A stretch of DNA of 55,270 nt, the filler included, from Bipalium vagum (taxonomy: Eukaryota), in NCBI GenBank assembly GCA_037834085.1. It is 3 parts of 3 records of this genome, joined end to end, with 100 filler letters (N's around TTAATTAATTAA, not from the genome) between each part and the next. Parts side by side here need not be neighbours in the genome. Positions count along the whole stretch, not along the records: positions 16,246 to 34,779 come from JBBMKC010026130.1; 2 more parts are not named here. The stretch is one strand, 5' to 3'. The notes under the pieces were generated by a model, which saw nothing but the letters and a program-made list of their open reading frames with translations, ran no database searches and was not told where the DNA came from. This document shows, piece by piece, positions 25,501 to 34,879 of the stretch (the first letter of the stretch is position 1; each line of letters opens with the position of its first letter). Made by a program: the position numbers and the translations under genes.

Positions 25501-28500
25501 AGAAGAAAAAAAAAGTACATTAACATTTTCAATATTATAAAAAATATTTATATAATTCATATAAATATTTTTTTATAAAATTATTATATTTTTATTTTAA
25601 TTTTGGAAATAAAGAAAAATATACAGTATATTATATATTACCATAATAATATTATTATAAAAAAATACAATGCATTTTCAAATACACCTTTAATTAAATT
25701 AAATGTCAATAAAGTGTCGAAAATATTTTTGATAATATTCATCAATAAAGATCATTTTTAAGGGACACAATAATATTAGAATATTCTTACGTTCATGCAT
25801 CTATCATGAGGACACATTTTACCAAATCCCAAAGGTGGATCAATTTTTAACAACAAATTAACAGCATCCAGTGGCTTTATGCGACCCCTTGTGTTTAAAT
25901 AAATAAATATTAAGAGTTAAGAAATAGAGTCTTTAAACCTTCCTTCAAAGTCATATCCTGACCAATGTTCAATGAACTCAATCAAATTATGGGGATTCAG
26001 TAAAGAATGATCTTTTATTAAAAAGTCAAAATTATCAATTATTATCGCCAAGAAAAGTTGCAAAATCTGAAATATAAAAAAAACTATTTTTCCATAAAAT
26101 TATTGGCAATATGATTTATTTTAAAAGGATCAGGTTAGCAACAAGCAATGAGTTTCTAAAGATTATACACAATATACATTTATTTTAAAATTTTAGAATT
26201 ATGATTAGAAAATGATAACTTTGTACGTAAACATGTTTTATTTGATAAAACTAAAAATTTACAATGTAAAAAAATAAAATAAAACGGGTTTTCAACTATC
26301 TGAATTAACGATTTCACCTGGATTTAAAAGTTCATAATACACCACACCCTTCTTTATCTCACCAAACTCAGAGCGTTATTTTCTTCTTAAAGCACTGTGA
26401 CTTTGAAATCTGCTTCGAAAATAAATTCAAATTTCATCTGATGTCACCATGAAAGGAAAAAACGATTTTCTTTTTGTCTTTTGCTTATTGATTGTGTTGC
26501 AGTTCAAAACCTTTTACAAATTAATTCTGTAATTTTGTGATTGTGGAAAAATAAAGATTATTGTCCAGTTATTGTTAATAAAAGTATTGACATAACCAAA
26601 CCTAGTGAGGAAAACTTATATAACGGCTTGGTTAATATAAATATTAACAGACAACATTTTGAAATATTTTTTAGATCATCTTCAATATGCAGTTTTGAGA
26701 AAAAACATGATCCTAATAATTCAAAAAATTAATTTAATTAGAATTAATTTTGACATTCTAAAGTGTACATTTATAAAAATAACACGGAATCCTGTAGTTT
26801 AAGTCCCTAACTTTCATAAAAAAATTTAATTTTTAAAAAGTTTTCAACTACTTATAATAATACAGCACTACTTACAATTATAAGTAGTTGAAAACGTTTT
26901 AAAAATTAATTTTTTTATAAAAGTTAGAGACCTAAACTACAGGATTACCAATAACACCTTCAGAAAATTGGATATGAGAGTTATAAATGATGAAATATGT
27001 AAAATTTGATATAATTTGATAACAGAATATCTATTTTGAAATAAAAATATTAACCTAAATTATTTAAAATGATTTAATGAACTTAAACAAACCGTAGAAT
27101 TTTAAATGTAACATGATATAAATTAAAGGTTAACATTGACTATCTTCTAAAATATCAGATTTAAAATAACTAAATAAATATTTTTCAATTAAATGAAAAA
27201 CTTACCAAATAAGAACTAATTATCATGAATGAAGGAAAATAAAAATATGAAAAGAAACTCCCACAACTCGCAGAGCTGTTATTACATTTAGATAAATCTA
27301 TAAAATTTTTAGATGTTTTGATTATTTATTGTTAAATCACTTCACCTGGATCATAACAGCTGATCATGATTTCGTGCCATTTTCCACCAGTTGCACACCT
27401 GAAATATTTAAAAAGTAATTATTATAAATTAAATAATATCACTAAATCTAAAAAGATACCCCGTTTTAATTTACATAATTATAAAATTTTTTGACAAAGT
27501 GAAATGAAAAAAAATATACAACCAATGAGCGTAGTTAAACATTGTTGCATTTAAAGTTATCATATGCCTATATATAATATTTCTAATCAGATTCCAAGAA
27601 ATCGGAAATACATCAAAGGTTTGAAACTGATCATCTGGTTCACCACACTAGTTCCTTCCAATCGTTGATCCGAAAACTCTCGCTAAAGTCTATGGGAGCT
27701 TGGAACATGAATTAAGAGTACTATTTGTATATTGATAAAAAATTATGTAAGAGGTTTTCGGAGGTCTTTTATTATAGAAAAGATTATTAATGAAAGAAGA
27801 ATATTTATGAATACAAAATAGAATTATCTATGAAATATAAGATTTCATGGCTTATACCTTCATTATTTTTTTAAGAATACTAGGTTTTTCGGAAAGTCCT
27901 TGTGCATAATTAGTTTCTAATTTTATATTAATATTTAAAGTAAATTACATTTTGTTTTGTTAAGTGTTATACATTATTTTAAAGCTCGATTTTAATATAA
28001 CGTAATATTATTTGAAATGAATGAAGATAATTAAATCATATATTGAATGATATTTTTTATAAATTTTTTTTCCACATCCCTTAAGCAAATTTTCTTCAAA
28101 GTATCCTAATCAATGTGATTTTATTCTCAATTTTTAAAGTTTGAGAAATTGAAGATCTGAAGAGCTTAGCAAATTTTATAAAAATAAATAGGTAGTTTTG
28201 GTAAAAGCAATAATTAAAAAGGAATACATAATATAGGGTCATTTTATGAAAATAAAAGATGAACGTTACCTTAAAAGAACTAAGAAAGAATTAAATACAT
28301 TTTGGAAATTGTTATTAATGGTAATAGCACTGTTGGGATTATCTAAGCCAATTTTTGCAAAGAACTCTACTCCTATAATTGCAAATGCGAAAAAGATCAT
28401 AAAAACAAAAAATATCAACCAAGGCATGGTCTAGAAATAATAAGTAATGATTAATAAAATATAAAATATGTTTTACTTTAAATGATTTCATAAAGGTCCA

Positions 28501-29787
28501 CAAAAGTTTTTGAAATGATTTAAACTTCATCAGCAATTTTACAAGTCGGAAAACTCGAAGCAACCGAAATATATTTATATTAGCAGTTTCTGGAGCAATC
28601 TGAGATTTGAAAAAAGTAGATTAAAATATTATTTTTGACTGAAAATTTTATTTATTTATATTATTTGAACACAAAAAGTGAGTTCTATAATCTGTATTAC
28701 TTGATTATTTAGAAATTTTGCTTGATAATAAAACCATTTAATTGAAGTATTTATAACTATTTTAACCCTGTTGTTCTCCTCGGGTATATATGACCCAAAA
28801 CGAATTTTAAAATTAAATTCCTTGGCCAAATTTCAGATGAGAAGAGTTTCAGTGAAACTAAAATTTGTTATTATATGTGCTAATTATTAACGAAATTTTT
28901 AATTATTAAAATCTGAAAGCCATTCTTGAAAGATTTGACGCATCATCCACCCATTTTTATTGTGAGTGTATTTCACATTTAGATCTGACACGTTGACATT
29001 CTTAAAACATCGAGGTTTAGCATGCTTTCCTATATAATAGCAGGGTTAACCTGTCTTTTTTATTTTAATGCCTTTACTTTCTTCATGTGGTAATACGAAA
29101 CTTCTGCTGCTGATTGATCTGTAGTATAAAGCGATTTTGTCGCAGTTATATACATTATCAGCTGTATATTGACTAACTTTTTCTTTCATTATATTTCGGA
29201 AGTTTTCAGTTTGAGAGTGATCAACTGATTTCATTTCTCCGGATAAAACTTTCCAACTGATTTTATGCCGCCTCTTAAATTTATCCAACCAACATGTCGA
29301 TGCTTTGAAATCAATTCTATTTGTTTTTTTTGCTACATATTAAGCAATTCTTTTTAATGTCGGACCATTTATCGGGAAGTTTCTCTCACGTAACCTTTGA
29401 AACATCTCTAAAATAGTACTGTCAAAGCCTGTTCCTGAATTTTCTAAAGGATTTATTTCGATTTCAGTATAAATTCTTTGAATTGTTGACTTGCTAGTTT
29501 TATATTTCTTGCATAGCATTTGCTGGGAAGATTCTTTATTGCGAAGTTGCTTGGTAATATTATATTTATCTTGATAAGATAATTTCTTATTCATTCCTGA
29601 TTTTGAAAATGTTATATACCAAAATATTATTAAAACAAATTATTGAATTTTGGGACCAAGAATTTTATTTTTTATATGAAAATATCGAGAAATATGATAA
29701 GTACAAATAATTGTTCCAAATATGGAGTTTGGTTTGATTATAGAAGTGGTCCATTTCAGAAATTGGTCCAAAACAGAAGTTGCACTG

Positions 29788-29818
<31 letters not shown>

Positions 29819-32800
29819 GTTCAGTATGATATGTCGTATTTAAACAGTAAATAAAACAAGTCATAAAAACTGGTAAATAAAATCTATTAATTAAAATATT
29901 TACCATTACTGTTTAAACACTCTTGCCAACGATATAAAGTTTAATTATTCAAATTTGATTAAATTCCGTAGTTCTGGGTTCAAAAAACTGGTCTATGTTC
30001 TTTTGAATAGAATCTTGGTCGCGCAAGGTTTTATTGAGAAGATATCATTCATGTCCTTGAACCGATCATAATTTGCTGGTGACAGGTCTAGAGTATAAGG
30101 TGGATGAGGTAAAACCTCGTACTACAAGTCATGTAATTTTTGTACAGTCATTTTAGAAATATGAGGTCTTACGTTATCATAAAGGAAAATTGGCCCGTGT
30201 CGTAATGGACTTAGAAAAATATTCTTTGTCATATATTTTACATCAATAACTTCTCAAACGTAAAACGTATGTTTTCTTTCAATAATAAATAGGCGGATAA
30301 CAGAAATTTATCGATTGAATTGACGTATAAAATGTAATTGTTTAATTATTGATTTTAATGTAAATATTAATAAAATTAAGATTATACAATGTCGGTGATT
30401 CTGGTCAAAAACCAAACTAAAAGTTTTTCATTGTTAATAGGAGAAGATAGTACTTACATTTATTTGTAAGAAGATCATGTCCACATAGCTGCCAATGATA
30501 ACGATACAATCAAAAATGTTCATAGGATCATTAAAATAATTCTGAAATTTTAATTTTTTAACATATTTTTAATGAAAACTGATATTTACTCTGACTTTGA
30601 AGGCAATTATTTTCAGAATGGCATCAAATGTAAATAAAAGAACAAAAATATAATTCAAAACCATTAAAATGTTATTTTGGGTGATGGAACTCAAATCATT
30701 CTAAAAACAACTTTCGGCTTACTAGAAAAACATAACAATAAGTACAAACCACTGCGGTCATGGAAATTGTATTCAATATTATTACTGAAAAGATGAAGTT
30801 CTCAAAGATTTTCGAATCCACAATTTTCCAGATTCGATATCTTATGCGACCAGTCGGAATATATCGACGAATTGGTCGGGCTTGTAGTACAAAAGAGATG
30901 CATTGTTTCTGAAACGATTTCTTTCATCAAAACTTGGCTTAAATATTAAATGTGAATGATTATTAAAAACAATTCATTTTTCTTTAAAGTAGCTTAAAAT
31001 TCTAATTAAAATACTTTTCCTTCCATAATTTCTGGAAAAAATTTAAAAGATTGCTTTTTAGGGATTTTTACTGGGAAATTAAAATAAAACCTTTTTCTAC
31101 TATAAAACCTGTAAGCCACCGTACAATCTTGCTTCAAAAATGATAGCTTCAGAACCATTTCTAACAATAACTAATTTTACTGTTTTTTACTTCCTATAGA
31201 ATGTATTACTTACTTTTTTCTCTTTCTTATTAATTACGAAAATGAGATATTTAATAATTAACTTTTTAATTGGTGTAAGTCAGACAATATTTCTTATTAA
31301 AATTTAATATTAAATTCACCAATAAACCTATATTAACTCTAAGCGTACCACAGGGACTTCTGAGGCCCCATATAATATTTGAAATGTTTACAGATTTTTC
31401 ATAGTTTGATAATAAGCGTTTGTTTAACTTAAGTATTTTTATAGAAATTCAAAAACTTTCAAAATCAAAAAATGCAGAATTCTTCGATGAGTCCAGCAAC
31501 GAAGAATGTAAAGATATCAATTATGAATCATCAACTAACGATTCAGAGAATGATAACGAAATCATTTATTTAAACATAGAATAAGAAAACACAAAAGACA
31601 ACAACCGCAATGATAGCACGGGTAATAGTTTTATCTATAAAAAAAAACAGTTTGGTCAAAAGAACCATTTATTAATAACCAAATAACGAAGATTTTTTTG
31701 CTATTCGTTAATTTTATAAATTATCTCTATCACAGCTTACTTCATTTTTATCCAATTCGTCGCTTTTGTTCTGAGACTCTCGAGATTTTTGATAGGATAG
31801 AATGACATATCCTATAAATATGTTTAACATGAAGAACTTTATAATGATGAAGAAAACTAAGTAGAACAAAAACATTGTGCGATTATTATTGAAATATGGC
31901 CCATAATTGGGACTTGTAGCATCAATGGTTCTGTATAATAACCTAAAAAGTAATTTAAACAAATATTCTTTTGTGAACATTTATCATACTCCGGATATCC
32001 GGCATAAGTAGTGATCACAAACAAAGTTAACATGGAGCGAAAAATATTATCAAAATTTAAATCGTAATTATGCCAAGTTCTGTTTTTCACTCTTGCGACA
32101 TATAACCCATCAAAAGAATAAGAGATGTAGGTGCCCCTAAAAGACATAAATTTATCAAGAAAAAAAGTCGATAAGAATTTAACATGCAATCCTCTTTTGT
32201 CATTCGAGATTCATCAGAACAGTAATGCAACTTTCCACCGAATAAATTGATTCCGATTACTGAAAACATAAATGTCAACAGAAGCATCACAAGCATGATT
32301 CTCCAAATCTTCCCCACTGCTATTATCAAGGAATTGATTATATTCTGAATAAAATAGTTTCTTACGTCTAGAAATAGACCATTAAATAAAATATCATACT
32401 GATAAAGTTCACTCGTTTATTTTTATTTTTTTATCCTGAAGAAATTACTTAAATAAAAACTCATTGAAGTGATCTTGTGTCATTAAAACCAGAAAAATGT
32501 TGCTGATTTTTAGTGTTGAATGTACATGAAGATCCAGTTGAAAATGTATCAGGAGAAACTTGATAATTTTAAATTGGGAGGTCCCAGTATTATTAATCGA
32601 AATCAGATTTTGGTAAAATTTTATGAAAATTTATCATTGTGTGAGGCAAAATGGCGGGTTCTTGAAAGTGGCTTAATCCAAAAAGAGCTAAAAGCAGGTA
32701 TTCACATAAAGACGATAATGTATGCTATATTCTTTCGTTCGACAGGAATTGTTATCAAGTTCGGAAAGTAAAAGAAGATCACGAAGGAATGACATACAAA

Positions 32801-33815
32801 TATCTGTTTGACTATAGCTTTTGCAGTAGTTTCTGACAGACGCCAAAAGTGTGATGTAAATAGGATAATTCTGCACCATGATAATGCCCGTCCTCATAAA
32901 TCTTCAATAACGACTGAATACTTGAATGGTATGGGATTCCAGTTTCTTCAACACTCTCCTTGCACTCAGAACTTATCTCCCTGTGACTGTTGGCTCAAAT
33001 ATCTGAATGAACATTTTAAGGGGTCAAAAATTTGTGACAGAAAAAAGTTAGAAACAGCTGTTTTCTTTCTTTGACAACATTCTTTCTGATGACTGGAGCA
33101 CAGTCTTTGGGAAATTTCAAAATCGGATTAGACGGTGTATTGCAGTTTTATGAGATTACGTTTAAAGATTTTGTAAAAAATTTCAATAAACTTTTTGTCT
33201 TCTTACTTATACCAAAGACCTTTCAAATATACTAATAATTTTCAGAGTATGGTTCAATTAACAGTTAAAAATAATGTAACTTGGTTAATTTTCTCATAAA
33301 AATAGTTCAAAATCATTAAAGTTTAATAATCCGGTAAGTTTAGTCTTCCTTTTTATTTATTTAAGAAATTAAAAATTGATTATTTGCAAAATTACATTCT
33401 CAACAAAAGTAATTAATTAATAAAAGAAAAGAAAACTCAGTAAAATCTTACTGAAAAGTTTCACTGAAACCATGGACATTTTTAATAATTTAATGAAGAA
33501 TTATACCAAACTGAAAAACATTTTCAACATTATTAATGTTTCATATTTTAAAAGTACAAGGGGTCTACCTTGGATAAATTACAGATCTATCACCTGTTTA
33601 TATTATAAGCCTCACCATATTGTGGATGACTTTAATGGTGTCTCGTGAATAATAATAAAAATATATATAAATAACTTATAAATTAATGAATCTAAACTAT
33701 ACAATAACCATAAATCGAAATTAAAATATAAACCTTTAATTCTTTTGCCTTTTCAATTGTTCTTAGAGTCTTTAGAATTCTTAGTATCCTTAAAGTTTTC
33801 AACCCTGATAATTCA
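19428..33815 (-). CDS. CACNA1: Voltage-gated calcium channel alpha-1 subunit, Cav1/L-type-like, 5'-partial (IIIS4 to C-terminus), 17 exons, ~703 aa visible
   Basis: Manually spliced exons (minus strand): 33734-33815, 32184-32344, 31990-32136, 31741-31942, 30750-30908, 30590-30700, 30458-30541, 28477-28599, 28270-28430, 27346-27398, 27206-27297, 25939-26066, 25791-25887, 24120-24228, 22212-22322, 19982-20112, 19428-19589. All introns are GT-AG with consistent phases and there are no internal stops. Motifs: S4 [13 protein letters not shown] and [66 protein letters not shown] and the Cav1-type [22 protein letters not shown]. Junctions fall where I recall them in vertebrate Cav1 genes. Confidence 0.93.
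19982..20112 (-). CDS. CACNA1: Cav1-like exon: IQ calmodulin-binding motif
   Basis: (I)[43 protein letters not shown]. Confidence 0.9.
20375..21768 (-). mobile_element. Decayed Tc1 (DD34E) transposon in Cav intron
   Basis: [31 protein letters not shown]; degenerate ends resembling CAGTGTGGGAAAACGTATTTGTATACTT. Confidence 0.8.
22212..22322 (-). CDS. CACNA1: Cav1-like exon: pre-IQ
   Basis: (A)[36 protein letters not shown]|gtaagt. Confidence 0.9.
23200..23950 (-). mobile_element. Possible heavily decayed hAT transposase C-terminal fragment (intronic)
   Basis: Fragmentary resemblance to the hAT dimerisation region (FP...RTFL...LLKILSIK); many stops. Confidence 0.3.
24120..24228 (-). CDS. CACNA1: Cav1-like exon: GPHH/proximal C-terminal domain
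   Basis: [36 protein letters not shown]. Confidence 0.9.
24277..25446 (+). mobile_element. Near full-length decayed mariner in Cav intron, antisense to the gene
   Basis: TA-flanked imperfect TIRs; [49 protein letters not shown]. Confidence 0.88.
25791..25887 (-). CDS. CACNA1: Cav1-like exon: proximal C-terminus
   Basis: [32 protein letters not shown]; aag acceptor, 51-nt intron. Confidence 0.92.
25939..26066 (-). CDS. CACNA1: Cav1-like exon: end of IVS6 and EF-hand region
   Basis: [42 protein letters not shown](R). Confidence 0.92.
26786..26949. mobile_element. Palindromic (foldback) MITE with 8-bp TSD, Merlin-like
   Basis: ~70-bp inverted arms around an ~18-bp spacer, GG...CC termini, direct repeat AATAACAC at 26778-26785 and 26950-26957. 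Confidence 0.85.
27206..27297 (-). CDS. CACNA1: Cav1-like exon: loop and first half of IVS6
   Basis: (D)[30 protein letters not shown]|gtaagt. Confidence 0.9.
27346..27398 (-). CDS. CACNA1: Cav1-like exon: repeat IV selectivity-filter segment
   Basis: ttcag|G TGT GCA ACT GGT GGA AAA TGG = (R)[17 protein letters not shown]. Confidence 0.9.
28270..28430 (-). CDS. CACNA1: Cav1-like exon: IVS5 and P1 helix
   Basis: [53 protein letters not shown](R). Confidence 0.92.
28477..28599 (-). CDS. CACNA1: Cav1-like exon: IVS4 and S4-S5 linker
   Basis: [41 protein letters not shown]. Confidence 0.92.
28900..29787 (-). mobile_element. pogo/Tigger (CENP-B-like) transposon remnant in Cav intron
   Basis: TA-CAGTGCAACTTC terminus; psq-like HTH, CENP-B HTH ([28 protein letters not shown]), [27 protein letters not shown]; stop codons and a deletion. 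Confidence 0.88.
29788..29813. repeat. (TA)13 microsatellite at the pogo target site
   Basis: Directly visible. Confidence 0.95.
29900..30205 (-). mobile_element. mariner 3' fragment
   Basis: [10 protein letters not shown]...[15 protein letters not shown]. Confidence 0.75.
30458..30541 (-). CDS. CACNA1: Cav1-like exon: IVS3
   Basis: [28 protein letters not shown], 84 nt, |gtaagt donor. Confidence 0.9.
30590..30700 (-). CDS. CACNA1: Cav1-like exon: IVS2
   Basis: [37 protein letters not shown]; 49- and 48-nt flanking introns. Confidence 0.9.
30750..30908 (-). CDS. CACNA1: Cav1-like exon: III-IV linker and IVS1
   Basis: [53 protein letters not shown]. Confidence 0.92.
31337..31700 (+). mobile_element. 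piggyBac-like 5' end remnant
   Basis: TTAA-CTCT terminus with subterminal imperfect palindrome GGGACTTCTGAGGCCCC, then an acidic stretch [28 protein letters not shown] and KTVWSK. A similar TTAA-CCCTG terminus lies at 28762. Confidence 0.45.
31741..31942 (-). CDS. CACNA1: Cav1-like exon: P2, IIIS6, start of III-IV linker
   Basis: [67 protein letters not shown]|gtaagc. Confidence 0.93.
31990..32136 (-). CDS. CACNA1: Cav1-like exon: repeat III pore loop
   Basis: GTYISY...[30 protein letters not shown](E); flanked by 47-nt GT-AG introns. Confidence 0.92.
32184..32344 (-). CDS. CACNA1: Cav1-like exon: III S4-S5 linker, IIIS5, start of extracellular loop
   Basis: [53 protein letters not shown]; cag/gt boundaries. 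Confidence 0.92.
32400..33235 (+). mobile_element. Decayed mariner in Cav intron
   Basis: [34 protein letters not shown]. Confidence 0.8.
33500..33650 (+). mobile_element. Short non-LTR (LINE) reverse transcriptase scrap
   Basis: [11 protein letters not shown] resembles the RT motif NYRPITCL..YK. Confidence 0.4.
33734..33815 (-). CDS. CACNA1: Cav1-like exon: IIIS4 voltage sensor
   Basis: ttcag|T GAA...AAG|gtt; [27 protein letters not shown], with R/K every third residue. Confidence 0.88.
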
Positions 33816-33834
33816 CTGAAATAAAATTAAACAA

Positions 33835-33883
<49 letters not shown>
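33835..33883. repeat. (ATT)16 microsatellite
   Basis: Directly visible. Confidence 0.95.
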
Positions 33884-33884
<1 letters not shown>

Positions 33885-34329
33885 ACAAAATAGTATTTCT
33901 GTTTCTAGAAAAATTGTACATTTGAGCTCTTTTATCAACCAAACGGAAATGTAAAAATTATGAATGACAAACTCAAAAATAGTTTGTGAAATATTGCCGT
34001 ATAATCTTTTGCGATTTGTCGTCTTGTTTAGTCAGTAGAATTTCTAAAGCACTCTGTGGTCTTTCATTATCATCAATTTTACGTCCAAACTTTAATACTA
34101 CGTACATTCTTCAGTCCTTTTCTTCGACTACCTTAATTGTTATCCAGACAGACATTACATGTCTTCCCACCAATGAGATACGGAATTATGTCTGTTATTA
34201 AAGTGAATTGAATAATTCTACTACACTTGTAGATTTTTATCTGTATCTTACCTAAAACGATCTTCTGGTTGTTATTCGCATATTTTAAAAGATGTATAGA
34301 ACAAAAAATTTTTTATAAAAACAATAATA

Positions 34330-34670
34330 TTTTTTTCGATAATATAATGCCCATTGTTATCAATTATCTTTGTCCAACGTTCAGGCAAAAGTTCAATAGC
34401 AAGCTTGAATAACTTCTGTTCCTTTGGCAATTTCAACAGCACATTTGCTGTTGAATTCTTTTCCCTGTAAGAAGTGGTGTAATGAACGGAAAATAATAAT
34501 CTGTTGGAGCCAAACCTGGACTAAATGGTGAGTGAGGACGAAGTTTTCAGCCAAACTCTTTTAGTTTCTCCCTGTTCATTTTTGATGTGTGCGGTTTTGC
34601 ATTATCTTGTTGAAGAGTAACGCCTGGTCGATTGAGCAGAAATGGACTGGTAAGTTTCAATTTATCACAT
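34330..34670 (-). mobile_element. mariner 3' fragment
   Basis: LQQDNAKPHT, PHSPFSPGLAPTDYYF, ELLPERWTK. Confidence 0.8.
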
Positions 34671-34779
34671 ACAGTGCCGTCCAAAATATTAGCAATTTTT
34701 TAAAAAAATATGTTAAAAATAAGGCACAAGTTGAATTATTTATTAAAACATTTTTATAAGTACAAAAACAAAAATCACA

Positions 34780-34879
34780 NNNNNNNNNNNNNNNNNNNNN
34801 NNNNNNNNNNNNNNNNNNNNNNNTTAATTAATTAANNNNNNNNNNNNNNNNNNNNNNNNNNNNNNNNNNNNNNNNNNNN
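34780..34879. other. Artificial scaffold linker 44N-TTAATTAATTAA-44N
   Basis: Identical structure to 16146-16245. Confidence 0.95.

Noticed and set aside
27383-27385. RNA editing restoring the filter Glu
   Set aside because: GGA to GAA needs G-to-A and GCC needs two changes; neither is produced by A-to-I or C-to-U editing.
19428-33815. Channel as Nav, NALCN, Cav3 or a pseudogene
   Set aside because: PPLGFGK, pre-IQ, VTVGK.Y..LIIQ and the LDKN..C linker are Cav1-type, with no IFM-like motif; there are no stops or frameshifts over 17 exons.
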